Origin: Malacoraja senta
Taxonomy: Eukaryota
Reading direction: 5' to 3'
DNA: 64,000 nt
NCBI GenBank assembly: GCA_038087875.1
Contig: CM075987.1
Coordinates: 26,538,001-26,602,000 of the forward strand
A program made the position numbers and the translations under genes. Below, one piece after another: positions 51,851 through 62,800 of this stretch; position 1 is the first letter of the stretch; each line of letters starts with the position of its first letter. The notes beneath the pieces were generated by a model that was given only the letters and a program-made list of their open reading frames with translations, ran no database searches and was not told the origin of the DNA.

Positions 51851-52041
51851 CTCCAAGGATAGCGGACGAGAGGACATGCGTTCCGTATTTTCGGATGACG
51901 GTGTCGATCACTTGCTGGGTTGACGGCCTCCTCCCAAGCAGGCGGATGCTTCTCTGGAACTCCGGCATGAGTGGGATGGGATTGCGGATGAGGTCCCTCC
52001 TCTCCACCGCAGTATTCCTCACCTTCCAACGTGCAAATTCT
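51851..52041 (-). CDS. BRINP1: BRINP1 internal coding exon (191 bp, MACPF domain; equivalent to mammalian exon 3)
   Basis: Acceptor ttgcAG (plus strand ctgcaa 52042-52047) and donor GTAGG (plus strand cctac 51846-51850). Translates (R)[63 protein letters not shown](G), with the MACPF signature YGTH-x7-GG. Recalled BRINP1 sequence ([28 protein letters not shown]) fits better than BRINP2/3 (KVNNLA..LAPEF). Confidence 0.95.
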
Positions 52042-52318
52042 CTGCAACGACAACAGCAGGACGGTCAAAGCCACGCCGGCAGGTAGCGTGGAAACAAACA
52101 AGGTGTCAGGGGTCATGGGATTGAGAGGGAAGGTTAGATCAGCCATGATGGAATCCATGCTATCATACAAAAGATATCTGTACATTCGAAGAAGTCGAGG
52201 AGATACGAGCTGTAAAAGCTGCTCATCGCTGCGGACACTCTCCATCTACTCTGATGGTCTTTATGTTTCTTTAAAAATTAACGGTAGATTAATTTTGTGT
52301 GGATGTATAAATTATAGT

Positions 52319-52625
52319 GGGTGTGTGCGTGCATGCATGCGTGAGTGTTCATGCATGTGTGTGTATATGCATATGTGTGTATGCATGTGTGTGTTTGTGC
52401 ATGTATGCATGTGCACGTGTGTGTGTGCATGGATGTGTGTGCAAGCATATGTGAGCATGAATGTGTGCATGTGTGTGCGCATGCATGTGTGTGCACGTGT
52501 GTGTGTGCAAGCGTGTGTGAGCATGTGTGTGTGCAAGCGTGTGTGTGTGCAAGCATGTGTGTGTGCAAGCATGTGTGTGTGCAAGCGTGTGTGAGCGTGC
52601 ATGCGTGTGTGCACGTACACACATA
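52319..52625. repeat. Complex alternating purine-pyrimidine (TG/CA) repeat
   Basis: About 300 bp of GTGT/GCAT/GCAAGC units, about 280 bp upstream of the BRINP1 exon acceptor. Confidence 0.9.
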
Positions 52626-53449
52626 CAATAATAATGCAAAAAGACAAAACCAAGTCTATTGTAGTTCAGAGCCTATTTGAGGTTATGGTGGTTTAATAGC
52701 CTGTTGGCTGTCGGGAAGAAGCTGTTCCTGAACCTGGACATTACAGTTTTCAAGCTCCTGTACCTTCTTCCCAATGGCAGCGGTGAAATTTGATTTGGTT
52801 GGATTCATTCACCTTTGATGCAGCCCAAAATGTGCATAAAAGCTCTTCATTTTGACTAAAGTTAATCTTCAAAATGCTGTAAAATCCTTCCTTTTATACG
52901 TTGCTTTTGACGGGCTTGCTGAAATCAATATTAAAATCATATTGGCCCCATTTAACCTGCTGTAATTGCTTCCAGCAGCGCTTTTTTTTTTTAAGAGCAA
53001 TTACATTTTATTACCATTAATTACTGATATGTTATCTTTGTTTCTCAGTCCGCCCCCCCCCCCCCCCCCCCCAATGTAATGTTTGGATCATTTGAAGTTT
53101 ATGGAAAAAAAACATGCAGGGACCGTTAAAGATTATTGCAGATGAATATTGTAACTTTCATCCATGTTGTTCATTCATGTGATAAAAACCCACACCTCCA
53201 GATTGGGGTTCAGTTTCCTCTCAACTGTTATCAGGCATCTGAACCAAATGGAAGGCATGAAGTCTGTGTGTGCTACTTTCAAGACAGCAGCCAACCTTCC
53301 TAAAGAGGGTACACAAAAATGCTGGAGAAACTCAGCGGGTGCAGCAGCATCTATGGAGCGAAGGAAATAGGTAACGTTTCGGGCCGAAACCCTTCTTCAG
53401 AAAGAGGGTTTCATTAGGTGACCCAAGGTGAGACATTGACAATGCCTTA

Positions 53450-54270
53450 AGATCATAAGGTCATAAGTGATAGGAGTAGAATCAGACCTTTCGGCCCATC
53501 AGGGCTGATCTATCTCTCCCTCCGAACCCCATTCTCCTGCCTTCTCCCCATAGCCCCTGACACCCGCACTAATCAAGAATCTATCTATCTCTTCCTTAAA
53601 AATATCCACTGACTTGGTCTCCGCAGCCTTCTGTGGCAATGAATTCCACAGATTCACCGCACTCTGACTAAATAAACTTCTCCTCATCTTCCTAAAAGAA
53701 CGTCCTTTAATTCTAAAGCTGTGACCTCTGGTCCTAGACTCTCCCACCAGTGGAAACATCCTCTCCACATCCACTCTATCCAAACCTTTCACCATTCTGT
53801 ATGTTTCAATGAGGGTTCCCCATTCTTTTTCTAAACTCCAGCGAGTACAGGCCCAGTGTCGTCAAACGCTCATCACAGGTCAACCCACTAATTCCTGGTC
53901 AAGAAGGAACTGCAGATGCTGGAAAATCGAAGGTAGACAAAAATGCTGGAGAAACTCAGCGGGTGGGGCAGCGTCTATGGAGCGAAGGAAATAGGCAACG
54001 TTTCGGTCCCGAAACGTTGCCTATTTCCTTCGCTCCATAGATGCTGCCGCACCCGTTGAGTTTCTCCAGCATTTCTGTCCACCACTGATTCCTGGGATCA
54101 TTCTCGTAAACATCCTCTGGACCCTCTCCAGAGCCAGCACATCCTTCCACAGATATGGTGCCCGAAATTGCTCACATGCGGCCTGGCCAGCGCCTTGTAG
54201 AGCCTCAGCGTTACATCCCTGTTTTTGTACACAAGCCTTCTCGAAAGAAATGCTAGCATTGAGTTGGCTT
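53450..54270 (-). mobile_element. CR1 3' fragment interrupted by a Penelope palindrome
   Basis: LRLYKALARPH..ERVQR..TRGHSFRIKG motifs. Confidence 0.85.
53901..54081. mobile_element. Penelope pseudo-LTR fold-back insertion nested in a CR1 fragment
   Basis: Same palindromic structure as 48706. CCACT(A/G)ATTCCTGG is duplicated at 53885-53898 and 54082-54095. Confidence 0.8.
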
Positions 54271-54621
54271 GCTGCCAGTACTCAGTCCTCACAATGGAGT
54301 GGGAATGCCTACTTATTTGGCAATATATTTACTCCTACCCAATAATTCTGTTTACAGAGGGCGACAGATGAATATTAACTAGGCCGACTTATAATAGCTC
54401 CGTTGTACGATGACCTTACTTCCCCCCTCAGTTGCAAATGCAAAACACAAACAGATTTGACCACAGTTTAACAAAACAACGTCCCCACATGAAGCATTGC
54501 ACCAACTCCTGTCTACAGATGCAGTTTGTTATCAAGTACAGTTAATTCTGCTCCTATGACCTATGGACCCATGAGCTTATTATGTGATCTGGTAATAAAA
54601 AACTTATCATGAGCAAAGTAA

Positions 54622-54929
54622 AAGCCCTGTCCCACTGTACGAGTTCATTCCAAGAGTTCTCCTGAGTTTGCCCTGATTCGAACTCGGAGATTTACGGTAA
54701 TGGTCGCTCGTCGATCCTTGGGGATCTCGTGGACATGTTGAAAAATCTTCACGAGTCTTCCCGAGCTTACCGCGTTTCCCGAGTACCTGCCGGTAGCGTT
54801 ACGAGTCGCTAAGAGACGTCCCCGAGCTCCGACGTACCCGCTACGTTCATTCTCCGTGCTTACCACGGTTTGATTTTTTTTAAACTCGGGGAGAGCTCTT
54901 GAATGAACTCGTACAGTGGGACAGGGCCA
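54622..54929. mobile_element. PIF/Harbinger-type MITE, subfamily E (copy 2)
   Basis: Same TIRs and body as 43178, preceded by TAA. Confidence 0.8.
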
Positions 54930-55207
54930 AAACTCATCAACCCAAAGAAGTTCTCCAAAGTTCATAAGTTGTAGGTGCAGAATCAGGCCATTCGGCCCAT
55001 CAAGTGTACTCCACCATTCAATCATGGCTGATCTATCTCTCCCTCCTAACCCCATTCTCCTGCCTTCTCCCCATAACCTCTGACACCCGTACTAATCAAT
55101 TCTGGTTGCCTTAAAACAATTGTTGCCTCACAATAATGCTCTTTCTGTGTCATCTGTCCTGACCACAAACAAATCCACTCACTGGCCATAATAATCAAGA
55201 GGAATTA

Positions 55208-55520
55208 GGGCTGGCATGGTGGCGCAGCGGTAGAGTTGCTGCCTTACAGCGCAAGGGAACCCAGGGTTCAATTCTGACAGTGGGCACTGTCTGTATGGAG
55301 TTTGTACATTCTCCCCATGGCCTGCGTGGGCTTTCTCCGGGTGCTTCGGTTTCCTCCCACACAACAAAGACGTACAGGTTTGTAGGTTCATTGGTTTTGG
55401 TAACATTTTAAATTGGCCCCAGTGTGTGTGTGTAGGATAGTGCTGGTGCGCAGGGTCGGCATGAACTCGATGGGCCGAAGGGCCTGTTTCCGCGCTGTAT
55501 CTCTAAACTAAACTAAACTA
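55208..55520 (+). mobile_element. HE1-type V-SINE
   Basis: Head, V-domain and tail present. Confidence 0.8.
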
Positions 55521-56520
55521 ATTAATGGCCATGTTTATCGGCAACGGAACAATGAAATTCTTGTTATCCGCAGCTTTACGAGCCTGTTAACACGATAACA
55601 CATCAATAGACAATAGACAATAGGTGCAGGAGTAGGCCATTCGGCCCTTCGAGCCAGCACCGCCATTCAATGTGATCATGGCTGATCATCCCCAATCAGT
55701 ACCCCGTTCCTGCCTTCTCCCCATATCTCCCTGACTCCGCTATCTATAAGAGCCCTATCTAGCTCTCTCTTGAAAGTATCCAGAGAACCAGCCTCCTTGT
55801 GGAACCCTCTGAGGCAGAGAATTCCACAAGCTGACATCTCTCTGTGTGAAAAAGTCAACCGTTTCATTTATAGAAACAGAATGCTGGAGTAACTCGGCGG
55901 GACTGGCAGCATCTCTGGCGAGAAGGATTGGATGCCGGTTCGGATCGCGACCCTTCTTCAGACACAGAGATTCGGCAAGTATTATGTGGAAACAAGCTAC
56001 AGAAGCACAGACTCACTTGTAAGGGACGGCAAATGGATTGTACTTGCACAGTGCTATCAAGGAGTGGGTGCAGCGTCTGATGCCAGCTTCAGGCAACAGC
56101 GTTAAGGACAAGAAGTGGAGATTTTGTGGAGGAAAAAACTTCAAAGTCAAAGGGCATTTTGTAGGAAAAAATGAAATTCTATTTTGGGGCCCCTCTGGCT
56201 TCAGAAGCTGTGTTTGCTTGCAGGCATTTTTAAGCCAGAATGCAAGTGCACTTGTGTTAGAAAAGACTTGACATTCAGACACTAATTATTACACTGTTGT
56301 CATCCTATTCAGATGCCTAGTTCTGACAGCACCACATTTCTCCATCCCCCTTTTTCACTGCCGTTCACCAGCTTGCGTGTCTTAACGAGAAAGATTGGCG
56401 GATTTTGAGAGTAAATAAAGGTCATGACATTCCGATCCTCGCAATGTAGCAGGCTATGCCTTTGGTTGAGAAGCAGATTGGTGTGAATTTCTGAAGTTGC
56501 AGGGATAAATGAAATGGTTA

Positions 56521-56850
56521 GGGAAGAACTGCAGACGCTGCTTTAAATCGAAGGTAGACACAGAATTCTGGAGTAACTCAGCGGGACAGGCAGCAGCTCT
56601 GGAGGGAAGGAGTGGGTGACTTTTGGGGGTCGAGACCCTTCTTCAGACGAGGGTGGTGAATCAGTGGAATGCTTTGCCACAGACGGCGGTGGAGGCCGTG
56701 TCAATGGATATATGGAAGGCAGAGATATTAGAATGGGTTATTGCATTATGCATTATGTTCCCAATAAACCCAAACCCTACCGAAACGTCACCCATTCCTT
56801 CTCTCCAGAGATGCTGCCTGTCCCGCTGAGTTACTCCAGAATTCTGTGTC
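56521..56850. mobile_element. Penelope inverted pair enclosing a captured CR1 plus linker segment
   Basis: Left arm 56521-56648 and right arm 56780-56850. The filler matches 32341-32465. Confidence 0.7.
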
Positions 56851-57301
56851 GATCTCCGGTTGTTTAACTGGTTTCAAAGCTGATCCTGATGCAGTGTAGT
56901 TTAGTTTAGTTTAGTTTAGTTTAGAGATACAGCACGGAACAGGCCCTTTGGCCCAATAAGTCCGACCGACCAGCGATCACCAACACTATCCTACACACAC
57001 TAGGGACAATTTACAATTTGTACCAAAGCCATCTAACTATAAAACCTTTTTAGGAATGTGGGAGGAAAACTCCGCAGGTCGCGGGGAGAACGTACATACT
57101 CTGTACAGACACCACCCATAGTCAGGATCGAACCCGGGTATATGGCGCTGTAAGGCAGCAACTCTACCGCTGCGCCACCGTGCCGCCTACAAGCAAACAG
57201 TAGTGGTAACGTAGGAAGCAACATCAGATGGGAAAAAGTACTGTGGTAACAACAGGTGATTTAGTGAGTAGGTGAATTGGTCCATTGAGTGGTCAAAGTA
57301 A

Positions 57302-57619
57302 TAGCCCTGTCCCACGGTACGAGTTCATTCCAAGAGCTCTCCCGAGTTTGCCCTGATTTGAACTCGGAGATTTACGGTAATGGCTGCTCGTCGGTACTCG
57401 GGGCTCTCGTGGACATTTTTCAACATGTTGAAAAACCTTCACGAGTCTTCCCGAGCTTACCTGCCGTAAGCGAGTCTTCCCGAGTACCTGCCGTTAGCAT
57501 TACGAGCCGCTGAGAGACGTCCCCGGGCTCCGACGTACCTGCTACGTTCATTCTACATGCTTGCCACGAGTTTGATTTTTTTTTAAACTCGGGAGAACTC
57601 GTACAGTGGGACAGGGCCA
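57302..57619. mobile_element. PIF/Harbinger-type MITE, subfamily E (copy 3)
   Basis: Same TIRs and body, with TAA/TTA flanks. Confidence 0.8.
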
Positions 57620-58589
57620 TTATAGAACATAGAACAGTACAGCACAAGAGCAGGCCCTTGTTTGTGCCAAGCACAATGCCAAGACCATCGCACAGATCCT
57701 CATGCACAGAGCCTATATCCTCCATTACCTGCATATCCATACACCTACTCAAAAGCCTTTTAATTGCCACTCATGTACCTGCTTCAACCACCAACAGCAC
57801 ACCCAGGTATTCATTACCCTCTATGTAAAAAACTTGCTCAGCACATCTCCTTTACACTTTGCCCTTCTCACCTCAAAACTATGTCCTCTAGTATCTGAAT
57901 TTTCCATCCTGGGTATAAAAGGTTCTGCCTGTCTACCCGAGTGGGGAACGAGATGTTTCACAGAAACTACTGATAAATGACATGGTGGTTTGTGGAAGCT
58001 GATTTACACTGACGTGCAAAAAATATATTTCCGTTCAGTTGAGTTACAAAGTCATAGATTCATAGAATCATTCGTGGTAGTAACAGGCCCTTCGGCCCAA
58101 CTTGCCCACACCGGCCAACATGTCCCAGCTACACTGCTTCCACCTGCCTGTATTAGGCCCATATCCCATGGAGAGTTGCGTTTGGTTCCAGCAGCAATCC
58201 AAAGAAAGCACTGACAATGGACAGAAGTTTAGGGGTAACATGAGGGGGAACTTCTTTACTCAGAGAGTGGTGGCTGTGTGGAATGAGCTTCCAGTGAAGG
58301 TGGTGGACGCAGGTTCGTTTTTATCATTTAAAAATAAATTGGATAGCTATATGGACGGGAAAGGAATGGAGGGTTATGGTCTGAGCGCAGGTATATGGGA
58401 CTAGGGGAGAATACGTGTTCGGCACGGACTAGAAGGGTCGAGATGGCCTGTTTCCGTGCTGTAATTGTTATATGGTTATATGGTTAATGCACAGACATGT
58501 CAATTTGAATTCTTCACAACAACTTGAACTTTAACAAGGAACCACTTTGTGGCGATCACAGTATTCTTTACTCATTTTCATCGTTGATC

Positions 58590-58890
58590 AGCACGGGTGG
58601 TCAACGGTAGAGTTGCTGCCTCACCGCGCCAGAGACCCGGGTTCGATCCCGACCACGGGCGCTGTCTGTACGGAGTTTGCACGTTCTCCTCGTGACCTGT
58701 GTGGGTTTTCTCCGAGATCTTCGGTTTCCTCCCACACTCCAAAGACGTGCAGGTACATAGGTAAATTGGCTTGGTGTAAATGTAAAACTTGTCCCAGGTG
58801 TGTGGAGGATAGTACGGGGATCGCTGGTCGGTGCGGACTCGATGGGCCGAAGGGCCTGTTTCGCGCTGTATCTCTAAACTAAACTAAACT
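58590..58890 (+). mobile_element. HE1-type V-SINE
   Basis: V-domain and tail present. Minus copies also lie at about 56898-57187 and 60940-61300. Confidence 0.8.
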
Positions 58891-59104
58891 CAAATTTATC
58901 CTGGGCTACAAGTCGCTCCATTTTGTTTGTGGAGTTAACTGCAGGCGTGTGTATCAATAACAATGCTCCCCTACTTGAAATGTCACAATAAACCATTATG
59001 TTTGCATGGATTGTCATTTGTCACTGGAAAAACTACCAGTCAAGTGAAGTCATGGGATGCAAGAGAAACACAGAGAATGGAGCAGCACAGCACAGGAACA
59101 GTGT

Positions 59105-59515
59105 AGGACGGAACTACAGATGCTGGTTTAAACCGACTATAGACACAAAATGCTGGAGTAACTCAGTGGCACAGGAAGCATCTCTGGAGAAAAGGAATGG
59201 GTGGTCTGAAGAAGGGTCGAGACCGGAAACGTCACCCATTCCTTCTCTCCAGAGATGCTGCCCGTCCCGCTGAGTTACCTCGTGACCTGCGTGGGTTTTC
59301 TCCGAGATCTTCGGTCTCATACCACTTAGTATGAGGAAAATATGAACCGAAAGTAGACACAAAAAGCTGGAGTAACTCAGCAGGTCAGGTAGGTAGCATC
59401 TGTGGTGAAAAGGAATAGGTGACATTTCGGTTCGAGACTTCTTCATTCTTCAGACTTCTTCATAGCAGTCTGAAGAAGAATCTCGGCCTGAAACGTCGCC
59501 TAGTCCTTTCCTTTT
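59105..59515. mobile_element. Cluster of Penelope pseudo-LTR inverted pairs
   Basis: Two adjacent fold-back copies separated by a short HE1 fragment. Confidence 0.6.
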
Positions 59516-60265
59516 TTACACATGAGGAGTCATGAAGGATTATGCTGATGCTGCCTCCGAAACTTCAGGATGAAGGCGCTGACTGAGAGATAATTAAATA
59601 ATAAGTCACAGGCTTGGGACCTGCCAATGAGTCCTTTCCTTTAATCCTGACAGATTTATGGAGAATTCAAATGCCAATGATGTCTTGTCGGTGTCTTCGA
59701 ATACACAATCTCTGCGAGCAACCTTTCCAATCTACATTCCACAGGTGATATATTGTCACCAAGTTCGAACAGGGAAAGGTCACCTACTCCATCAAGACTG
59801 CTCATTCCACACACCCTGTACAATTCGTCCAATATACAATTAATTTAATCCATGATTGAACCAATTCCTGTCACCAGCCCTCCACTGACAATCAGGTTTT
59901 TAGTTTAAAGGTAGACACAAATGCTGGAGAAATAGGTGAAGTTTCGGGTCAAGACCCTTCTTCAGACGCGAACCGAAATGTCACCTATTTCCTTCGCTCC
60001 ATAGATGCTGCCTCACCCGCTGAGTTTCTCCAGCATTTTTGACCACCTTCGATTTTTGCAACATCTGCAGTTCTTTCTTAAACAACCCAGCTCCAGAGAT
60101 GCTGCCTGCCTTATTGAGTTACTCCAGCTTTTTATGTCTATCTTCGGCACGAATATTGGCTTCATTAGTTTAGAATAAGTTTAGTTTGGCTTGGTTTAGA
60201 GATACAGCGCGGAAACAGGCCCTTCGGCCCACCGAGTCCGTGCCAACCAGTGATCCCCACACACT

Positions 60266-60940
60266 AGCTAGCTTCTTCCAGCTTCGGACGATAGCAACAA
60301 TAAAACAATTCCTCCAGTTTGACGACCTCAAAAAGATCATCCACACATTCATCTCCTCCCGCCTAGATTACTGCAACTCCCTTTACACTGGCATCAGCCA
60401 ATCTTCCCTGTCCCGCCTGCAACTGGTCCAAAACGCCGCAGCGAGACTCCTGACGGGCACCCGAAAAAGGGACCACATCACCCCGATCCTGGCCTCTCTC
60501 CACTGGCTCCCTGTGCGGATCCGTATACATTTCAAGATCCTCCTCTATGTCTACAAAGCCCTCAATGGGCTTGCCCCCGCCTACATTAAAAGTCTTCTCA
60601 CCCACCACTCCACCTCCAGGTCCCTCAGATCGGCCGACTTGGGGTTGCTGAATATCCCACGGTCTAGGCATAAGCTCAGGGGTGACCGGGCCTTTGCGGT
60701 TGCAGCCCCTAGACTGTGGAACAGCATCCCCCTTCCCATCAGAACTGCCCCCTCCATCAACTCCTTTAAGTCAAGACTAAAAACGTATCTATACTCCCAA
60801 GCCTTTCTTGACGTCCTCTGAGTGAGGGCTACATGTATATATGTATGTAGTTTGTTTGTTTATACTATTCTTATAACAAATGTAAAGCCCTTTTTGTATT
60901 TTAAATGTGCTATATAAATAAATGTGACTTGACTTGACTT
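60266..60940 (+). mobile_element. L2-clade LINE 3' fragment with uninterrupted ORF2 C-terminus
   Basis: Open frame to the stop at 60821, near-identical to the copy at 20118-20845, with a (TGACT)n tail. Confidence 0.9.
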
Positions 60941-61713
60941 GCACCATCCTACACACTAAGGATAATTTACAATTTTACCAAAGCCAATTAACCTACAAAC
61001 CTGCACCTTCTTTTGTTTTAGAGGGACGGAGTGGAAACAGGCCCTTCGGCCCACCGAGTCTGCGCCGACCAGTGATCCACGGTATACTGGTTCCATCCTA
61101 CACACTAGGGACAATTTACAGAAGCCAATTAACCTACAAACCTGTACGTCTTTGGAGTGTGGGAGGAAACCGGAGCTCCTGGGGAAACCCACGCAGGTCA
61201 CGGGGAGAACGTACAAACTCCGTACACACAGCACCTGTGGTCAGGATCGAACCCGGGTCTCTGGCGCATTAAGCGCTGTGAGGCAGCAACTCTACCACTG
61301 CGTCATCTCCACTCTTTCGGGACTCTTGTCTTCCAATTGAACCAAGGTTTCCACTTCATCACACACCAACTATTGTGCCAGTACAACGGACGGCATGGTG
61401 GCTCAGCGGTAGAGCAGCTGCTTTATAACACCAGAGACCCGGGTTCGATCCTGACTACGGGTCCTGCCGGTGTACGTCGAAATCAGGCTGGCACTGCTTG
61501 ATGTGGCGAGGGAGATCGTAAATCCTCTCTGTACCCTTTCCGGATTGACAACATCTTTCCCATAACACGGTGCCCAGAACTGAACACAATGCTCTAAATG
61601 TGGCCTCACCAACATCTTATACAACTGCAACATGACCTCCCAACTTCTATACTCAAAATAAAGTCCAGTCAATGCACATCAAGGATAGTCCGATGGTCTC
61701 CAATGAGGTAGAT

Positions 61714-61879
61714 CTTCTTCTTATCAAGTCCACACACAAGATTAGAAGTTGTTCAGCCAGAGCTGAACACACATCTCGGCATCTACATACAATGGTGTCT
61801 GTCTTGTCACTTCTTGTGCGTGGTGGTGGAAAGATTGGTGGGAACAGGGCCGCGACGTGAACGCTCTGTCCTTGACCCC
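61714..61879 (-). mobile_element. Short non-autonomous retroposon with ribozyme head and (GAA)n tail (Ingi/Vingi-type SINE candidate)
   Basis: TSD AATGAGGTAGAT at 61702-61713 and 61880-61891 (14 bp if the preceding CC is counted). It interrupts a Rex1-type 3' fragment precisely. The minus-strand 3' end is TAAGAAGAAG, and there is an 8-bp hairpin at 61750-61769. Confidence 0.8.
61828..61879 (-). ncRNA. Predicted minimal HDV-like (CPEB3-type) self-cleaving ribozyme
   Basis: GGGGUC-AA-GGACAGA-GCG-UUCACGU-CGC-GGCCCU-GUUCCCA-CCAA-UCUUUCC. P1 is 6 bp with a G1.U wobble, P3 is GCG/CGC, L3 is UUCACGU, P2 pairs 6 of 7, J4/2 is CCAA, and P4 is absent. Confidence 0.75.
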
Positions 61880-62014
61880 AATGAGGTAGATAGTAGCTCA
61901 GGACTGCTCTCTAGTTGTTGGTAGAATGGTTCAGTTGCCTGATAACAGCACTTACTGTATCATTGTTTCATTGTATTGCATTGCTCTCCTTTATGGCAAG
62001 GTTGGAGACAGAGG

Positions 62015-62345
62015 AACACAGAGTGCTGGAGTAACTCAGTGGGTCAGGCAACATCTGTGGAGAACATGGACAGGTGACGTCTCGGTTTCGGGATCACTCT
62101 TCAAACGCCAGACCCCGAAACGTCACCTATCCATGTTCTCCACAGATGCTGCCTGACCCGCTGAGTAACTCCAGCACTCTGTGAAACGTCACCTATCCAT
62201 GTTCTCCACAGATGCCGCCTGACCCGCTGAGTTACTCCAGCACTCTGTGAAACGTCACCTATCCATGTTCTCCACAGATGCTGCCTGACCCGCTGAGTTA
62301 CTCCAGCACTTTGTGTATAAACCAGTATCTGCAGTTCCTTGCTTC
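62015..62345. repeat. Penelope pseudo-LTR with three tandem 66-bp units
   Basis: GAAACGTCACCTATCCATG... starts at 62117, 62183 and 62249, preceded by an inverted arm. Confidence 0.8.
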
Positions 62346-62386
62346 TACATTTGGAGGAAGGAACTGCAGGTGCTGGTTTACACCGA

Positions 62387-62800
62387 ATCATCATCGTTGA
62401 AAACATTAGCGACGCAGTGGCGCTGGTTTCCAACGGGAACGGTGACGGACGCGCCACACATCTCCGTCCTCCAGTTCCTGTGGACTTCCACCGCTGGAAG
62501 TTTAGGATTTTGGTGTGTGTGTGTGTTTTATCATCGTTCCTTACAAAGCTGTGTACGACAGCGATCGCAACTTCTACTGAAGTGAGGATGGCCGTTGGCT
62601 CGCTAGGAGCTCATCCGCCCTTTGACAGGTCTTGTTTTTTGTTCCTGCTGGGGGTCCACAGCCCCCCTCCTCACCTGGCAAACCAGGTGGGGGAGACAGT
62701 TTAGTCGCCGACTCTCCAACCATGGAGCAGGTAGCACGGGATTACATGGTACCCGTGGCGGGGGGGGGGGGGGGGGGGGGGGAACCCCCCCCGACCTGAC
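62387..62800 (-). mobile_element. Non-autonomous retroposon with (ATG)n tail (RTE-like), copy 2
   Basis: Longer copy of 10575-10850, nested in a Penelope repeat. Confidence 0.5.

Noticed and set aside
51735..52245. ORF-track calls 51735-52022 and 51847-52245 as complete genes
   Set aside because: Only 51851-52041 is bounded by splice sites and matches BRINP1; the remainder is intronic read-through or another frame.
52031..52680. Cys/Val- or His/Thr-rich ORFs
   Set aside because: Translations of the TG/CA simple repeat.
60186..60821. 211-aa ORF, the longest in the track
   Set aside because: Chimera of about 27 codons of antisense HE1 tail fused to the L2 ORF2 C-terminus; not a host gene.
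62117..62345. CRISPR-like array
   Set aside because: Contiguous tandem units with no unique spacers, in eukaryotic DNA with no cas genes.
62700..62800. Possible HDV-like ribozyme at the 5' end of the RTE-like repeat (also 10770-10850)
   Set aside because: Hairpins and a CTAA motif are present, but I could not build consistent P1/P2/P3 pairings.
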